Assembly (NCBI GenBank): GCA_039589315.1
Contig: JBDHHQ010000029.1
Location: forward strand, 1-61,343
Length of the DNA: 61,343 nt
Source: Gemmatimonadota bacterium
GTDB taxonomy: Bacteria; Gemmatimonadota; Gemmatimonadetes; Longimicrobiales; Gaopeijiaceae
Reading direction: 5' to 3'
Made by a program: the position numbers and the translations under genes. The notes under the pieces are model-generated. The model searched no databases and was not told where the DNA came from. It saw nothing but the letters and a program-made list of their open reading frames with translations. This document shows, piece by piece, positions 1-9,314 of the stretch; the stretch's first letter is position 1; every line of letters starts with the position of its first letter.

Positions 1-114
1 CCACGGGGGCCTCTGCAAGTCCGCGGGAACCTCGGCGCCCACCCGTGTCACTCAACATCCAGCGGCAGGACTCGTACGCGGCAGTCCCGTGCAGTGAACC
101 ACCCAGGAGGACAC

Positions 115-1560
115 ATGTTTTTCAGGCAGATCGAGGACGACAAGCTGGCCCAGTATTCGTACATCGCGGGCTGTCAGAAGACCGGTGAGGCCATCGTCAT
201 CGACCCCGAAAGGGACATCGACCGCTACGTCGAGATCGCCGAAGCCAACAAGCTGAAGATCACAGCGGTGGCCGAGACCCACATCCACGCCGACTTCCTG
301 TCGGGCGCCCGGGAGCTGGCCGAGCGCTACGGCGCCAAGCTCTATCTCTCGAAGCTCGGCGGACCCGACTGGCAGTCCGAGTGGGCCCTGGACAGCGACT
401 ACCACGTGGAGCTGTTGGAGGACGGATCGACGTTCATGGTCGGCAACATCGAAGTGAAGGCCGTCCACACGCCGGGCCATACGCCCGAGCACATGAGCTT
501 CCTGGTCACGGACCGGGGGGCCGGCGCCGACGAGCCCATGGGCGTGGCGACGGGTGACTTCGTCTTCGTGAACGACCTGGGCCGTCCCGACCTGCTCGAG
601 TCCGCCGCCGGGATCGCGGGGATGATGGAACCGTCGGCCCGCACGCTCTACCGGACCACCCAGAAGTTCATGGAGCTTCCGGACTACCTGCAGGTGTGGC
701 CGGCCCACGGCGCGGGGAGCGCGTGCGGCAAGGCGCTGGGCGCGGTGCCCGAGACGACCTGGGGCTACGAGAAGCGCTTCAGCCCGGCCGTGCAGGCTGC
801 CAAGCAAGGCGAGCAGGCCTTCGTGGACTTCATCCTCGAGGGGCAGCCCGAGCCGCCACTCTACTTCGCCCGCATGAAGAAGCTCAACAAGATCGGCGTG
901 CCGCTCATCGGTGAGGTGCCGGCGCCGCCGAAGCTCGCTGCGGAGCGGCTGGTGGAGCTCGGCGGCAGGAACGACGCGGTGGTCCTCGACACCCGGCCCG
1001 ACAAGGACGACTTCCTGGCCGGCTACGTGCCCGGCTCGCTGTACGCGCCTCTGGACAAGACCTTCCACACCATCGTGGGCTCGTACTTCGATCCGGAGAC
1101 TCCGGTCTACCTGATCGCCGAGGAGGAGCAGGTGGACGAGTTGGTCCGCAACCTGATCCGCATCGGCATCGACAACGTGAGAGGCTGGTTCGACTTGAAC
1201 GTCTTCGCGGCCTACAACGAGCTCGGTGGCGAGCTGAAGACCACCGAAGCCATCGACTTCGACGAGATGACGTCACGCGTGGCCATGCCCGGCCACGCGG
1301 TGCTCGACGTACGGAAGTCGTCCGAGTTCGCGAACGAGGGCAAAGTCGAAGGCGCCATCAACATCGCCCACACGCGACTCTGGGATCGCTTGAGCGAGGT
1401 GCCCAGGGGTCAGACGCTGCTGGTGCACTGCGCCACCGGAGGCCGGTCCACCCGGGCGGCCACGCTGCTCGAGCGGGAGGGCTTCGACACGGTCGTGGTC
1501 ACCGCCGACTTCAAGGAGTGGCAGGAGGGCGCCGACCAGGAGCTGGCCGGGGCCGTTTGA
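115..1560 (+). CDS. MBL-fold persulfide dioxygenase fused to rhodanese domains (CstB/Blh-like)
   Basis: ETHIHADF metal motif, HTPGHTPEH, GDFVFV, WPAHGAGSACGK Cys loop, C-terminal rhodanese HCATGGRS; GGAGG RBS before ATG 115. Confidence 0.9.
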   Translation: MFFRQIEDDKLAQYSYIAGCQKTGEAIVIDPERDIDRYVEIAEANKLKITAVAETHIHADFLSGARELAERYGAKLYLSKLGGPDWQSEWALDSDYHVELLEDGSTFMVGNIEVKAVHTPGHTPEHMSFLVTDRGAGADEPMGVATGDFVFVNDLGRPDLLESAAGIAGMMEPSARTLYRTTQKFMELPDYLQVWPAHGAGSACGKALGAVPETTWGYEKRFSPAVQAAKQGEQAFVDFILEGQPEPPLYFARMKKLNKIGVPLIGEVPAPPKLAAERLVELGGRNDAVVLDTRPDKDDFLAGYVPGSLYAPLDKTFHTIVGSYFDPETPVYLIAEEEQVDELVRNLIRIGIDNVRGWFDLNVFAAYNELGGELKTTEAIDFDEMTSRVAMPGHAVLDVRKSSEFANEGKVEGAINIAHTRLWDRLSEVPRGQTLLVHCATGGRSTRAATLLEREGFDTVVVTADFKEWQEGADQELAGAV

Positions 1561-1797
1561 TGGGCCTTCCGGACCCGGTCCGGACGCCCTTTGCCTGATA
1601 CGCTCGACATGAACGGACGGGCCGGCGGAGACGCCGGCCCGTTCCACGATGAGGGGATAGATCATGCGGAGGCTGACGACTGCTGCGGGAGCTCGGGGGG
1701 CGGTCCCGCCGCCGCCTGCCGGAGTGCCCGGCGGACATACGCGAGGGAGGGGCGCTGGACGGCGCGCCGGTCCGCTCGCGGCGAAGGAGACAAAGGC

Positions 1798-3549
1798 ATG
1801 AGCAAGCTCGTGCGTCTCGTACCGCTCGTGGGGTCGTTGGAGGGCTATTCGTCGGAAAAAGCCCGGGGGGACCTCTCGGCCGGGCTCACTGTGGGGGTCA
1901 TGCTCATCCCCCAGGGCATGGCCTACGCCATGATCGCGGGGCTGCCGCCCATCTACGGCCTGTACGCCGCCCTCATGCCCCTCGTGGGCTACGCCCTGCT
2001 CGGATCCTCGCGGCAGCTGGCGGTAGGTCCGGTGGCCATGGTCTCGCTGCTCGTGGCCGCGGGCGTGGCCCCCCTGGCGGCCGGTGACCCAGAACGCTAT
2101 CTGGCCCTGGCCATCCTGCTGGCTGCCGTCGCCGGCGTGATCCAGCTCGGCCTGGGGGTGGCCCGCTTCGGCTTCCTGGTGAACTTCCTCTCCCACCCGG
2201 TGCTGGCGGGATTCACCTCGGCTGCCGCGATCATCATCGGCATGAGCCAGCTCAAGCACCTCCTGGGGATCGACCTGCCTCGCTCTCACCACGTGCACGA
2301 GATCGTCCTGGGCGCGCTCGAGCGCATGCGGGAGGTGAGCCTGCCCACGGTGGCGATCGCGGTCGGCAGCATCCTGCTGCTCGTGGGCATCAAGCGCTGG
2401 AAGAGAACGGCGCCCGGACCCCTCTTCGTGGTCGTCCTCGGCATCCTGGCCACGTGGGGGTTCGGCCTGTACGACGCCGGCGTCAGGATCGTGGGGGAAG
2501 TGCCCCGGGGCCTTCCGTCACTCTACGTCCCCGGCTTCGAGCGGGGTGACGTGACTGCCCTCCTCCCGGCGGCGCTGACCATCTCGCTCGTGGGCTTCAT
2601 GGAATCAGTTGCCGTGGCCAAGGTCTACGCCGCGCGCAACCGGTACGAGATCGACGCCAACCGGGAGCTCGTGGGCCTCGGCTTCGCCAACATCCTGGGC
2701 GCGCTCTTCCGCTCCTACCCGGTGACCGGAGGCTTCTCCCGAACCGCGGTGAACGCCCAGGCGGGAGCCCAAACACCACTGGCTGGTGTGCTCAGCGCCG
2801 GCGTGATCGCCCTGACGCTCCTGTTCCTGACGCCGCTGTTCTACTACCTGCCCAATGCCGTTCTCGGCGCCGTGATCGTCGTGGCGGTGGCCGGACTGGT
2901 AGACGTGAAGGAGGCGCTGTTCCTCTGGCGCGTGGAGCGGCGCGACTTCGTCCTGATGATGATCACGTTCGCCGCCACGCTCCTGATGGGGATCGAGCAA
3001 GGCATCGTGGTCGGCATCATCGTCTCCCTGATCCTGGTGATTCACCAGATCAGCCGCCCGCACTCGGCCGTGATGGGCCGGCTCCCCGGCACGCGGACGT
3101 TCCGAAACGTGGAGCGAAACCCCGCAGCGGTAGCGCCGGAGCGCATGGCGATCCTCCGGGTCGACGCGTCCCTCACCTTCGCCAACGCGGCGTTCCTGAA
3201 GGAACGCATCCGGGCGGTTACCGCGGAAGGGCCGCTGGAGGCCGTGGTCCTGGACGCCTACCCTGTGAATCGGATGGACTCCACGGCCGTGCATGCATTG
3301 GTGGAGGTGGCCGAGGAGCTCGAACGAGCAGGAATCGCCTTCCACCTCACCGGTGTGAAAGGGCCCGTCAGAGACGTCATGGCTCGGGCGGGGCTGCGCG
3401 ACCGGCTGGGAAGCGATCACTTCCATATGCATGTCGCCGATGCTGTGGAGGCTGTCGAGCGACGTCGGTCACGATCCTGGACAGGCTCGGCGGATGCGCT
3501 ACCGGAGGAGGGGCCACGCCAGCCGACCACCGCCGGAGCTCAGGGTTGA
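1798..3549 (+). CDS. SulP/SLC26 family anion transporter with STAS domain
   Basis: GDLSAGLTVGVMLIPQGMAYA, GSSRQLAVGP, PVTGGFSRTAVN, STAS LTFANA; AAGGAG RBS before ATG 1798. Confidence 0.93.
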   Translation: MSKLVRLVPLVGSLEGYSSEKARGDLSAGLTVGVMLIPQGMAYAMIAGLPPIYGLYAALMPLVGYALLGSSRQLAVGPVAMVSLLVAAGVAPLAAGDPERYLALAILLAAVAGVIQLGLGVARFGFLVNFLSHPVLAGFTSAAAIIIGMSQLKHLLGIDLPRSHHVHEIVLGALERMREVSLPTVAIAVGSILLLVGIKRWKRTAPGPLFVVVLGILATWGFGLYDAGVRIVGEVPRGLPSLYVPGFERGDVTALLPAALTISLVGFMESVAVAKVYAARNRYEIDANRELVGLGFANILGALFRSYPVTGGFSRTAVNAQAGAQTPLAGVLSAGVIALTLLFLTPLFYYLPNAVLGAVIVVAVAGLVDVKEALFLWRVERRDFVLMMITFAATLLMGIEQGIVVGIIVSLILVIHQISRPHSAVMGRLPGTRTFRNVERNPAAVAPERMAILRVDASLTFANAAFLKERIRAVTAEGPLEAVVLDAYPVNRMDSTAVHALVEVAEELERAGIAFHLTGVKGPVRDVMARAGLRDRLGSDHFHMHVADAVEAVERRRSRSWTGSADALPEEGPRQPTTAGAQG

Positions 3550-3784
3550 ACCTCACCACGCCCCGGCACGCCTTGCCGACCTCAGCTGGGATTCTGGTGG
3601 AGCGGAGGGCACGGAGGGGGAGCAGACCAAGAAGTCAACCGGTGGGCGCCGGAAGGGTAAGACGACTCGGAAGTCCCGCCAACTCCCTCCGTGCCAGGCA
3701 CGGTGCCGCTCCCTCCCGGACACCCAATCGATCCGGGTTGACTACAGACCTTTTCTTACAGAGCCAAGTTCCGAAGAAAAGGAT

Positions 3785-4051
3785 TCAGCTCGCGATCTCG
3801 CGTCGCAGGGAGTCATGTAGACTCCGCTGGACGTCGTCGTCAAGGGGTGCCGGTTCCGCCAGTACCTCGCGGATGGCGGTGAACACGGCTTGGAACCGAC
3901 CACCGAAGCGTGCGCAGTTGTCGCAGCCGCGGAGGTGGGCGTTGATCTGCTCCACCCGCTCGTCGGCGAGCTCTCCGTCGAGGTAGTCGGAGAGCTCCGC
4001 AAGCACCTCCCGGCAGCGAATGCCGGCGACTTCGTGGTCAAGCCTTGCCAT
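3785..4051 (-). CDS. zf-HC2 zinc-binding anti-sigma factor
   Basis: CREVLAELSDYLDGEL and HLRGCDNC (HxxxCxxC); overlaps the 3' end of the ECF sigma gene. Confidence 0.85.
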   Translation of the reverse strand: MARLDHEVAGIRCREVLAELSDYLDGELADERVEQINAHLRGCDNCARFGGRFQAVFTAIREVLAEPAPLDDDVQRSLHDSLRREIAS

Positions 4052-4613
4052 CGTCCATCTCTTTGAGCTCCGCCACGAGCTTGAGCCGGGCACGGTGCAG
4101 CCGGCTCTTCATGGCTGACGGCGATATGGAGAGCATCCCCACGACTTCGCCGCCGGAGAATCCCTCCAGGTCCCTGAGCGTCAGCACTTCGCGCTCCTCG
4201 CTCGAAAGCGCGGACATGGCACGCTGCACGGATTCGCGGGCGGCCAACCGGTCCAGCTCGGCATCCGGATTGCCGACCGACCCCCATCCGGCCCGGGCGC
4301 CCAGAGCCTCGAGGGGCTCGAAGCTGGTCGGCTCACCAGCTCGGCGCCGGTGAGCCCGGCTCAAGGCGTTCCGGGCGATCGTGAGCAGCCATCCCCGAGC
4401 CGAGCCGTCACCGGAAAAGGTGCCGGCGCTGCGCCAAGCCGCTACGAAGCACTCCTGCAGGGCGTCCTGCGCTTCGGCTTCCTCCTCGGCCACGGTGAGA
4501 AGGAAGCGGTACACGCTGGCCTGGTGACGGCGTACCAGCGTCTCGAAAGCCTGCGTGTCGCCGCCGGCGCTCCGGCGGATCAGCGTTGGGTCCGTGGTAT
4601 TCGACGTCGTCAT
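4038..4613 (-). CDS. ECF (sigma-70 group 4) sigma factor
   Basis: AQDALQECF, WLLTIARN (region 2); LRDLEGFS...KSRLHRAR (region 4). Confidence 0.92.
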   Translation of the reverse strand: MTTSNTTDPTLIRRSAGGDTQAFETLVRRHQASVYRFLLTVAEEEAEAQDALQECFVAAWRSAGTFSGDGSARGWLLTIARNALSRAHRRRAGEPTSFEPLEALGARAGWGSVGNPDAELDRLAARESVQRAMSALSSEEREVLTLRDLEGFSGGEVVGMLSISPSAMKSRLHRARLKLVAELKEMDDGKA

Positions 4614-4687
4614 CCGGCCAGCTTGAGGCCCGTTCGTCCCGGAGGCAAGCCCCCCCGTCGACGCTCACGGCGGCCGCCGTGTCCCTT

Positions 4688-5530
4688 TCAACGGCCAAAG
4701 GTCACGCTCCGCTCCACCATGCCGAAGTTCCCGGCCTCGGGATCGCTGGCGATCACCTGGAGGGTCACCGGCCCTGAGTCCTCGAACCTGGGCTCCGCCG
4801 TGTACTCACTCGTCTGGCCCGAGAACGCCATGGGCCACTCGCCCAGGACCTCGTCGGCTCCAATAGCCCGCAGGACGATGTCGATCCGGTCAGCGTCCCA
4901 GAGACCCCCGGGCTCGGTGGGACATCCACACAACATGGTCACCTTGGCCCTGACGGTGACGGGCGCGCCGGCTGGTAGCGTGGCTCCTCCCGCTTCCGGA
5001 GCCAGCAGCGCCACCGTAAGCCCCATGAGCTCCAGGATCACGCCTTCGCCCAGCACATCGTGCCCCGGGACCAGCAGCATGGTCTTGGAGGCCCGTTGCA
5101 TGGCGTGCTCCACCCCGAGCGGGCCTTCGCCCGTGATCTCCACCAGCGTGGGCTCCGACAGCATGAGCTCGGTCTCGAACCCGGCGGCCCCCTCCGTCCC
5201 GTAGACGGTGGATCCCCGGTCGCGCGTGCCCATGATCAGTCGGGTGTCCCCGGTGCTGCCCTCCTGGATGCCCGCAGCCAGGACCTCACCGGTGGCAACG
5301 TCTCGGACGGTGACACGGGCGCCACCCACGCCGGACCCGACGATCTTGGCGTCGTTGGAGGTGACCCTGACCAGTAGGCGGGTCGGCACCTGCGCTTCGA
5401 GATCGACGGACACGCTGATGACTGGTGCGACCAGTGCCCCGGCTAGTGCCAGGGCTCGGGTCCAGCGCGCGGACGAAAGGGCCGGAGCGGATCGACCGGC
5501 GAGGCTCAACGGGCGCCCTGTCGGGGGCAC
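4688..5530 (-). CDS. Secreted hypothetical protein with CGC motif
   Basis: C-terminal part of the long ORF reads as real protein; signal-like ALALAGALVAP..LEA-Q and MLCGCP motif; GTG 5530 start inferred. Confidence 0.65.
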   Translation of the reverse strand: MPPTGRPLSLAGRSAPALSSARWTRALALAGALVAPVISVSVDLEAQVPTRLLVRVTSNDAKIVGSGVGGARVTVRDVATGEVLAAGIQEGSTGDTRLIMGTRDRGSTVYGTEGAAGFETELMLSEPTLVEITGEGPLGVEHAMQRASKTMLLVPGHDVLGEGVILELMGLTVALLAPEAGGATLPAGAPVTVRAKVTMLCGCPTEPGGLWDADRIDIVLRAIGADEVLGEWPMAFSGQTSEYTAEPRFEDSGPVTLQVIASDPEAGNFGMVERSVTFGR

Positions 5531-5893
5531 GTCCCCACTCCCAGGGCGGCGTGGATCGGGCAGCTTCCCACCGGTCCGGCGATCAGTGGCACCAGACCCA
5601 CGAGGCCCCAAGGCGTCTGGGGTCCGACCACGACGAGGCTGAGGAGGGCGACGCCCAGCAGCACTCGCAGGCCGCGATCCACCCTGTGCTCGGTTTCGAG
5701 GCAGGATCTTGTTCATCACGAAGCCGTCTCCAGCGTTGGGATCATTCGTGATGCTCACACTTGAAGAGCCAGATTCGGCCGCAGAGGATTCGCGTTCTGC
5801 GCCGATCGGTCGCGAGGCCGGTCCCCGTCCGGTACCTTGTCGCCGCTTCAAAGCACACCATTTGGCTGATCCACGGATATCCGCCCGTTCGTC

Positions 5894-6778
5894 ATGGACG
5901 TTTCCGAGACCCGAGTCGACCGCCCTCCGACCCTGCTGATGGGCTGGGGGCTCGCGCCATCTCTCTATGTGCTCCTGGCCGCCCTGATCGGAGCGGCGTT
6001 CATTCGTTGGTCGTCCGTCGACCTTCGGGTGACGGCCCGCTTCTGGACTGAACAGGAGGGGTTCTTTCTCAGCGACAGCTGGTGGGCGGTGGTTGCCTAC
6101 GAGGCCGTGCCCCTCGTCACCCTCACGCTGGGAGTCCTGGTGGCGGGCCTTCTGCTCCATAACCTCGTGCGGAGGGAGCCTCTGGGGCTCTTCACGACGC
6201 GTGTCACGCTCTTTCTGTTGGCGGGATTGGCCCTCGGCCCGGGCCTCGTGGTCAACTGGCTGTTCAAGGGCCACTGGGGCCGGCCAAGGCCCCGCGACGT
6301 GGTCGACTTCGGTGGCTCGATGGACTTCATGCCGGCGCTGGTCCCGGGTGGTGCCTGCGAGCGGAATTGCTCGTTCGTTGCCGGGCATCCGTCGTCCGTG
6401 TTCTGGCTCGCGGCATTCGGGTTTCTTCTGGCGGGCACGCGTCGCTATGCCGTCTTCGGTGTTGCCGGCATGGCTGGCTTCATCGTGGGCTGGGGGCGGG
6501 TCGTGCAGGGCGCGCACTTCCTCAGCGACGTCGTCTTTTCCTTCCTCTTCACCTTCGCGACGATCTACGTGTTGGCCCGTTGGGTCTTCAGGATTCCGCC
6601 GAAGTATGGGCGCGTCACCCTGGGCGCTGCGGCGCTTCTGCTGGCTGGCGTCACGCCGGCTCCGGCTTCGGCACAGGGCCCGTCCCGCGACCAGGTCCCC
6701 CTGGCCGACCACGTCATCATGGTATCGGTCGTCGGCTTCCAACCGGACGGAACCGTTCCGGTGGAGCTGCCGAGGTAG
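5894..6778 (+). CDS. PAP2-family membrane phosphatase (lipid A phosphatase-like)
   Basis: KGHWGRPRP (C1), SFVAGH (C2), RVVQGAHFLSD (C3); several TM helices. Confidence 0.88.
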   Translation: MDVSETRVDRPPTLLMGWGLAPSLYVLLAALIGAAFIRWSSVDLRVTARFWTEQEGFFLSDSWWAVVAYEAVPLVTLTLGVLVAGLLLHNLVRREPLGLFTTRVTLFLLAGLALGPGLVVNWLFKGHWGRPRPRDVVDFGGSMDFMPALVPGGACERNCSFVAGHPSSVFWLAAFGFLLAGTRRYAVFGVAGMAGFIVGWGRVVQGAHFLSDVVFSFLFTFATIYVLARWVFRIPPKYGRVTLGAAALLLAGVTPAPASAQGPSRDQVPLADHVIMVSVVGFQPDGTVPVELPR

Positions 6779-6781
6779 CAC

Positions 6782-8017
6782 ATGATCCACATCGCCATGG
6801 GTGCAGGCCTCCTGGCCGGGCTGATCGTCGGTCTCCTGGCCAGCGCCACGGGAAGCCCGCTCCTCCACGCCATCGCCGCCGGCTCGGCCCCGCTGGGCAC
6901 CGCCTTCATGAACGCCATCAACATGGTGGTGATCCCCCTGGTCATGGCCACCATCTTCACGGGCGTTTGCCGGCTGGGCGACCCCAGGAAGCTGGGCAAG
7001 TTGGGCGGGTTTTCCCTGGGGTTCTTCTGGATCACGTTGCTCGTGGCCATTCCGATCGGCATGGCGGTCATGACGGTGGGTCTGGCGCTGACGCCACCAG
7101 TCTCGGTGCCATCGGCGGGAGCCCAGGCGGCCCCGGAGCTGCCCGGCATGGTGGAGTTCCTCGTGAGCCTGATTCCCCGGAATCCGTTCGAGGCGGCGAG
7201 CCGGGGCGCCCTGCTGCCGATGATCGTCTTCACGGTGTTGCTGGCTGCCGCCGCGGGGACGCTGGACAAGGAGAAGCGGGAGACCTTGTTGGGGCTCGCG
7301 GAGGCGTTCGAGGCGGCCCTGATCAAGCTGGTGTGGTGGATCCTGTGGGTGGCGCCCCTGGGGATCTTCGGCCTGGCGGCCCCAGTGACCGCGCAGCTCG
7401 GATGGTCGATCCTCCAGAGCCTGGCCGTCTTCATCGTGTGCGTGATCGTGGGGTTGGCGATCTACATCTCGCTGATCTACCTGCCTGCCGTCCGGTTCCT
7501 GGGAGGGATGAGCCCGGCGCGTTTCATGAAGGGGATCATCGGGGCACAGACGGTGGCCTTCAGCACCACCAGCACAGTGGCGGCCCTGCCCGTGGCGCTG
7601 GAGGAAGCCGACGAGAACCTCCACCTGACACACGAGGTGGCGAACCTCGTGCTGCCCCTGGGTGCGTCCATGTACCGGGGCGGCAGCGCCCTCTTCCAGG
7701 GCGCCTCCATCGTGTTCCTCGCCTCCATCTTCGAGGTACCGATTCCCGCGGCCGCGGTGGGCGGGGCGATCCTGGCCACCTTCCTGGTGTCCCTGACGGT
7801 GGCGCCGGTGCCCAGCTCGGGAGTGATGACCCTGGTGCCGGCGTTGGACACGGTGGGAATCCCTCTGGACGGCCTTGCCATCCTACTGGGCGTCGACCGG
7901 ATCCCCGACATGTTCCGGAGCGCCACGAACCTGACCGGACAGGTGGCCACGGCGGTGGTCGTGGACGGGCTGCTGGAGGGGGAGACCGGCGGCCGCGAGG
8001 TGGCTTCGGGCGGCTAG
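6782..8017 (+). CDS. Dicarboxylate/amino acid:cation symporter (DAACS)
   Basis: LIPRNPFEA, AFSTTSTVAALP, LPLGASM, GVDRIPDMFRSATNLTG. Confidence 0.92.
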   Translation: MIHIAMGAGLLAGLIVGLLASATGSPLLHAIAAGSAPLGTAFMNAINMVVIPLVMATIFTGVCRLGDPRKLGKLGGFSLGFFWITLLVAIPIGMAVMTVGLALTPPVSVPSAGAQAAPELPGMVEFLVSLIPRNPFEAASRGALLPMIVFTVLLAAAAGTLDKEKRETLLGLAEAFEAALIKLVWWILWVAPLGIFGLAAPVTAQLGWSILQSLAVFIVCVIVGLAIYISLIYLPAVRFLGGMSPARFMKGIIGAQTVAFSTTSTVAALPVALEEADENLHLTHEVANLVLPLGASMYRGGSALFQGASIVFLASIFEVPIPAAAVGGAILATFLVSLTVAPVPSSGVMTLVPALDTVGIPLDGLAILLGVDRIPDMFRSATNLTGQVATAVVVDGLLEGETGGREVASGG

Positions 8018-8087
8018 GCGGGTACCGACCTGAGGGTTGAAACGACGACCGGGCGCGTCGTCGGGAGCCGCGCCTTCGTCCTTCCGC

Positions 8088-8810
8088 TCAATTCCCCTCC
8101 TCTTCCTCCGCGCCACCCATGGCCAGGGAAAACACGATGGTGAAAACGCGATTGTACACCGCGTCGCCGGGATTGTCCGTGACCAGATCGGTGAGACCCA
8201 GGTAGTACCGGGCACCCACGCTGGGGGCGAACGGACCCGGCCCGAGCTTGTACTCCGCGTGGAAGACCACGCCCGCGTCGGTTCCGTTGAGGTCGTTCTT
8301 GATGTCCTCTTCGATCGTAATCTTTCGGCCCGCCGGCACCCCCTCTGCCTCGCCCTTGTCCTGCGCCGACGTGAGAAACCCGATCTGGGGACCCGCACCC
8401 AGGTGCAGGCGATCGTAGGCGACGGCGTACTTGAGGATCACGGGGATCTCGAAGTAGCCCAGTCGGCGTTGGACATTCCGGCCCGTGAGCAGGCTGTCCG
8501 CACCTGCCGGAAGGTCCCGGAGCGCGAGGTCCTTGGCGCCGACCTGGTAGAACGGAAGCAGCTCCGGCTGGAGGTACAGCCCGCCCGCGATCCGCCATTC
8601 GCCCAGGAGGCCCAGGGCCAGCCCGGGTTTGACGCTCGTGCCGTCGAGTCCCGAGATATTCGCCAGGTTGGGACCCACCGTAAGCCCGATGTGGAACTTG
8701 TCAGAGGACAGCTTGTCGCCGAAGAGTATGCCCAGGAGCACCTGGGCCTCCGCGGGAGCTGGGGCCACGAGGAACAGCGCGGTGACAGCACCGAGGAGGA
8801 AACGCTTTAT
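8088..8810 (-). CDS. Outer-membrane beta-barrel (porin/PorT-like) protein
   Basis: Signal peptide KRFLLGAVTALFLVAPAPAEA; amphipathic strands LQPELL, YFEIPVILKY, GAGPQIG, ARYYLGL; apparent start codon is ATA. Confidence 0.75.
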   Translation of the reverse strand: MKRFLLGAVTALFLVAPAPAEAQVLLGILFGDKLSSDKFHIGLTVGPNLANISGLDGTSVKPGLALGLLGEWRIAGGLYLQPELLPFYQVGAKDLALRDLPAGADSLLTGRNVQRRLGYFEIPVILKYAVAYDRLHLGAGPQIGFLTSAQDKGEAEGVPAGRKITIEEDIKNDLNGTDAGVVFHAEYKLGPGPFAPSVGARYYLGLTDLVTDNPGDAVYNRVFTIVFSLAMGGAEEEEGN

Positions 8811-9126
8811 TGTCGAAAGCCTTGAAGAGCCGGTGTCGTTCGGGCGCCGGGCGCGGTGGGTTGAAGATGGCGCGAGCTTCTGACTGGTAACGTCGGAGCG
8901 GCCGGTCCGCCATGATCCTCCGTCCAGATGTCGTCCCCATACGGCTCGTCGGACTCGCACCGCGGGACGGAGAGCTCGCCGCCCAGGGGAAGGCGAAGGG
9001 ACTTGCTCCCGTGGGCCTGGACGGGCCGGTTCGCCCGGACGGCTTCGCAGCCGCACGGCCCTGGAGACCATGGGAATCCTCCGCACCCCTGATTAGGGAG
9101 CTTTCCCCACAGGCAAGAAACCCCCG

Positions 9127-9139
9127 ATTGTCCTACAAT
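9127..9139. promoter_or_regulatory. Palindrome ATTGTcctACAAT, candidate GntR/FadR-type operator overlapping a TACAAT -10-like hexamer
   Basis: Inverted repeat in the AT-richer divergent intergenic region upstream of the OFOR-Rnf operon. Confidence 0.4.
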
Positions 9140-9314
9140 TCATGGGAGTGAAAACGCCCTGCCGTCTTCCGGACGCACGGGGGGGCCTGCGCGGCGCACA
9201 TCATGACGCCGTGCCGACCTCTCAGGCCGGTCCGGGGCGGCTCCGACGGCGCTACCCGCCTTCGGCGCACCCTGAAAAGGGCGTCAGAATCCTCGCGAGG
9301 AGACAGAAACAACG

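Noticed and set aside
1591..1797. N-terminal extension of SulP containing DDCC
   Set aside because: Low-complexity sequence; a good RBS and family-like start lie at 1798
3749..3782. Inverted repeat CCTTTTCTT/AAGAAAAGG after the anti-sigma stop
   Set aside because: AT-rich stem with a 16-nt loop and no U-tract; too weak to call a terminator
5531..7633. N-terminal ~700 aa of the 981-aa minus-strand ORF
   Set aside because: Shadow frame antisense to the PAP2 and DAACS genes; only the C-terminal part is protein-like
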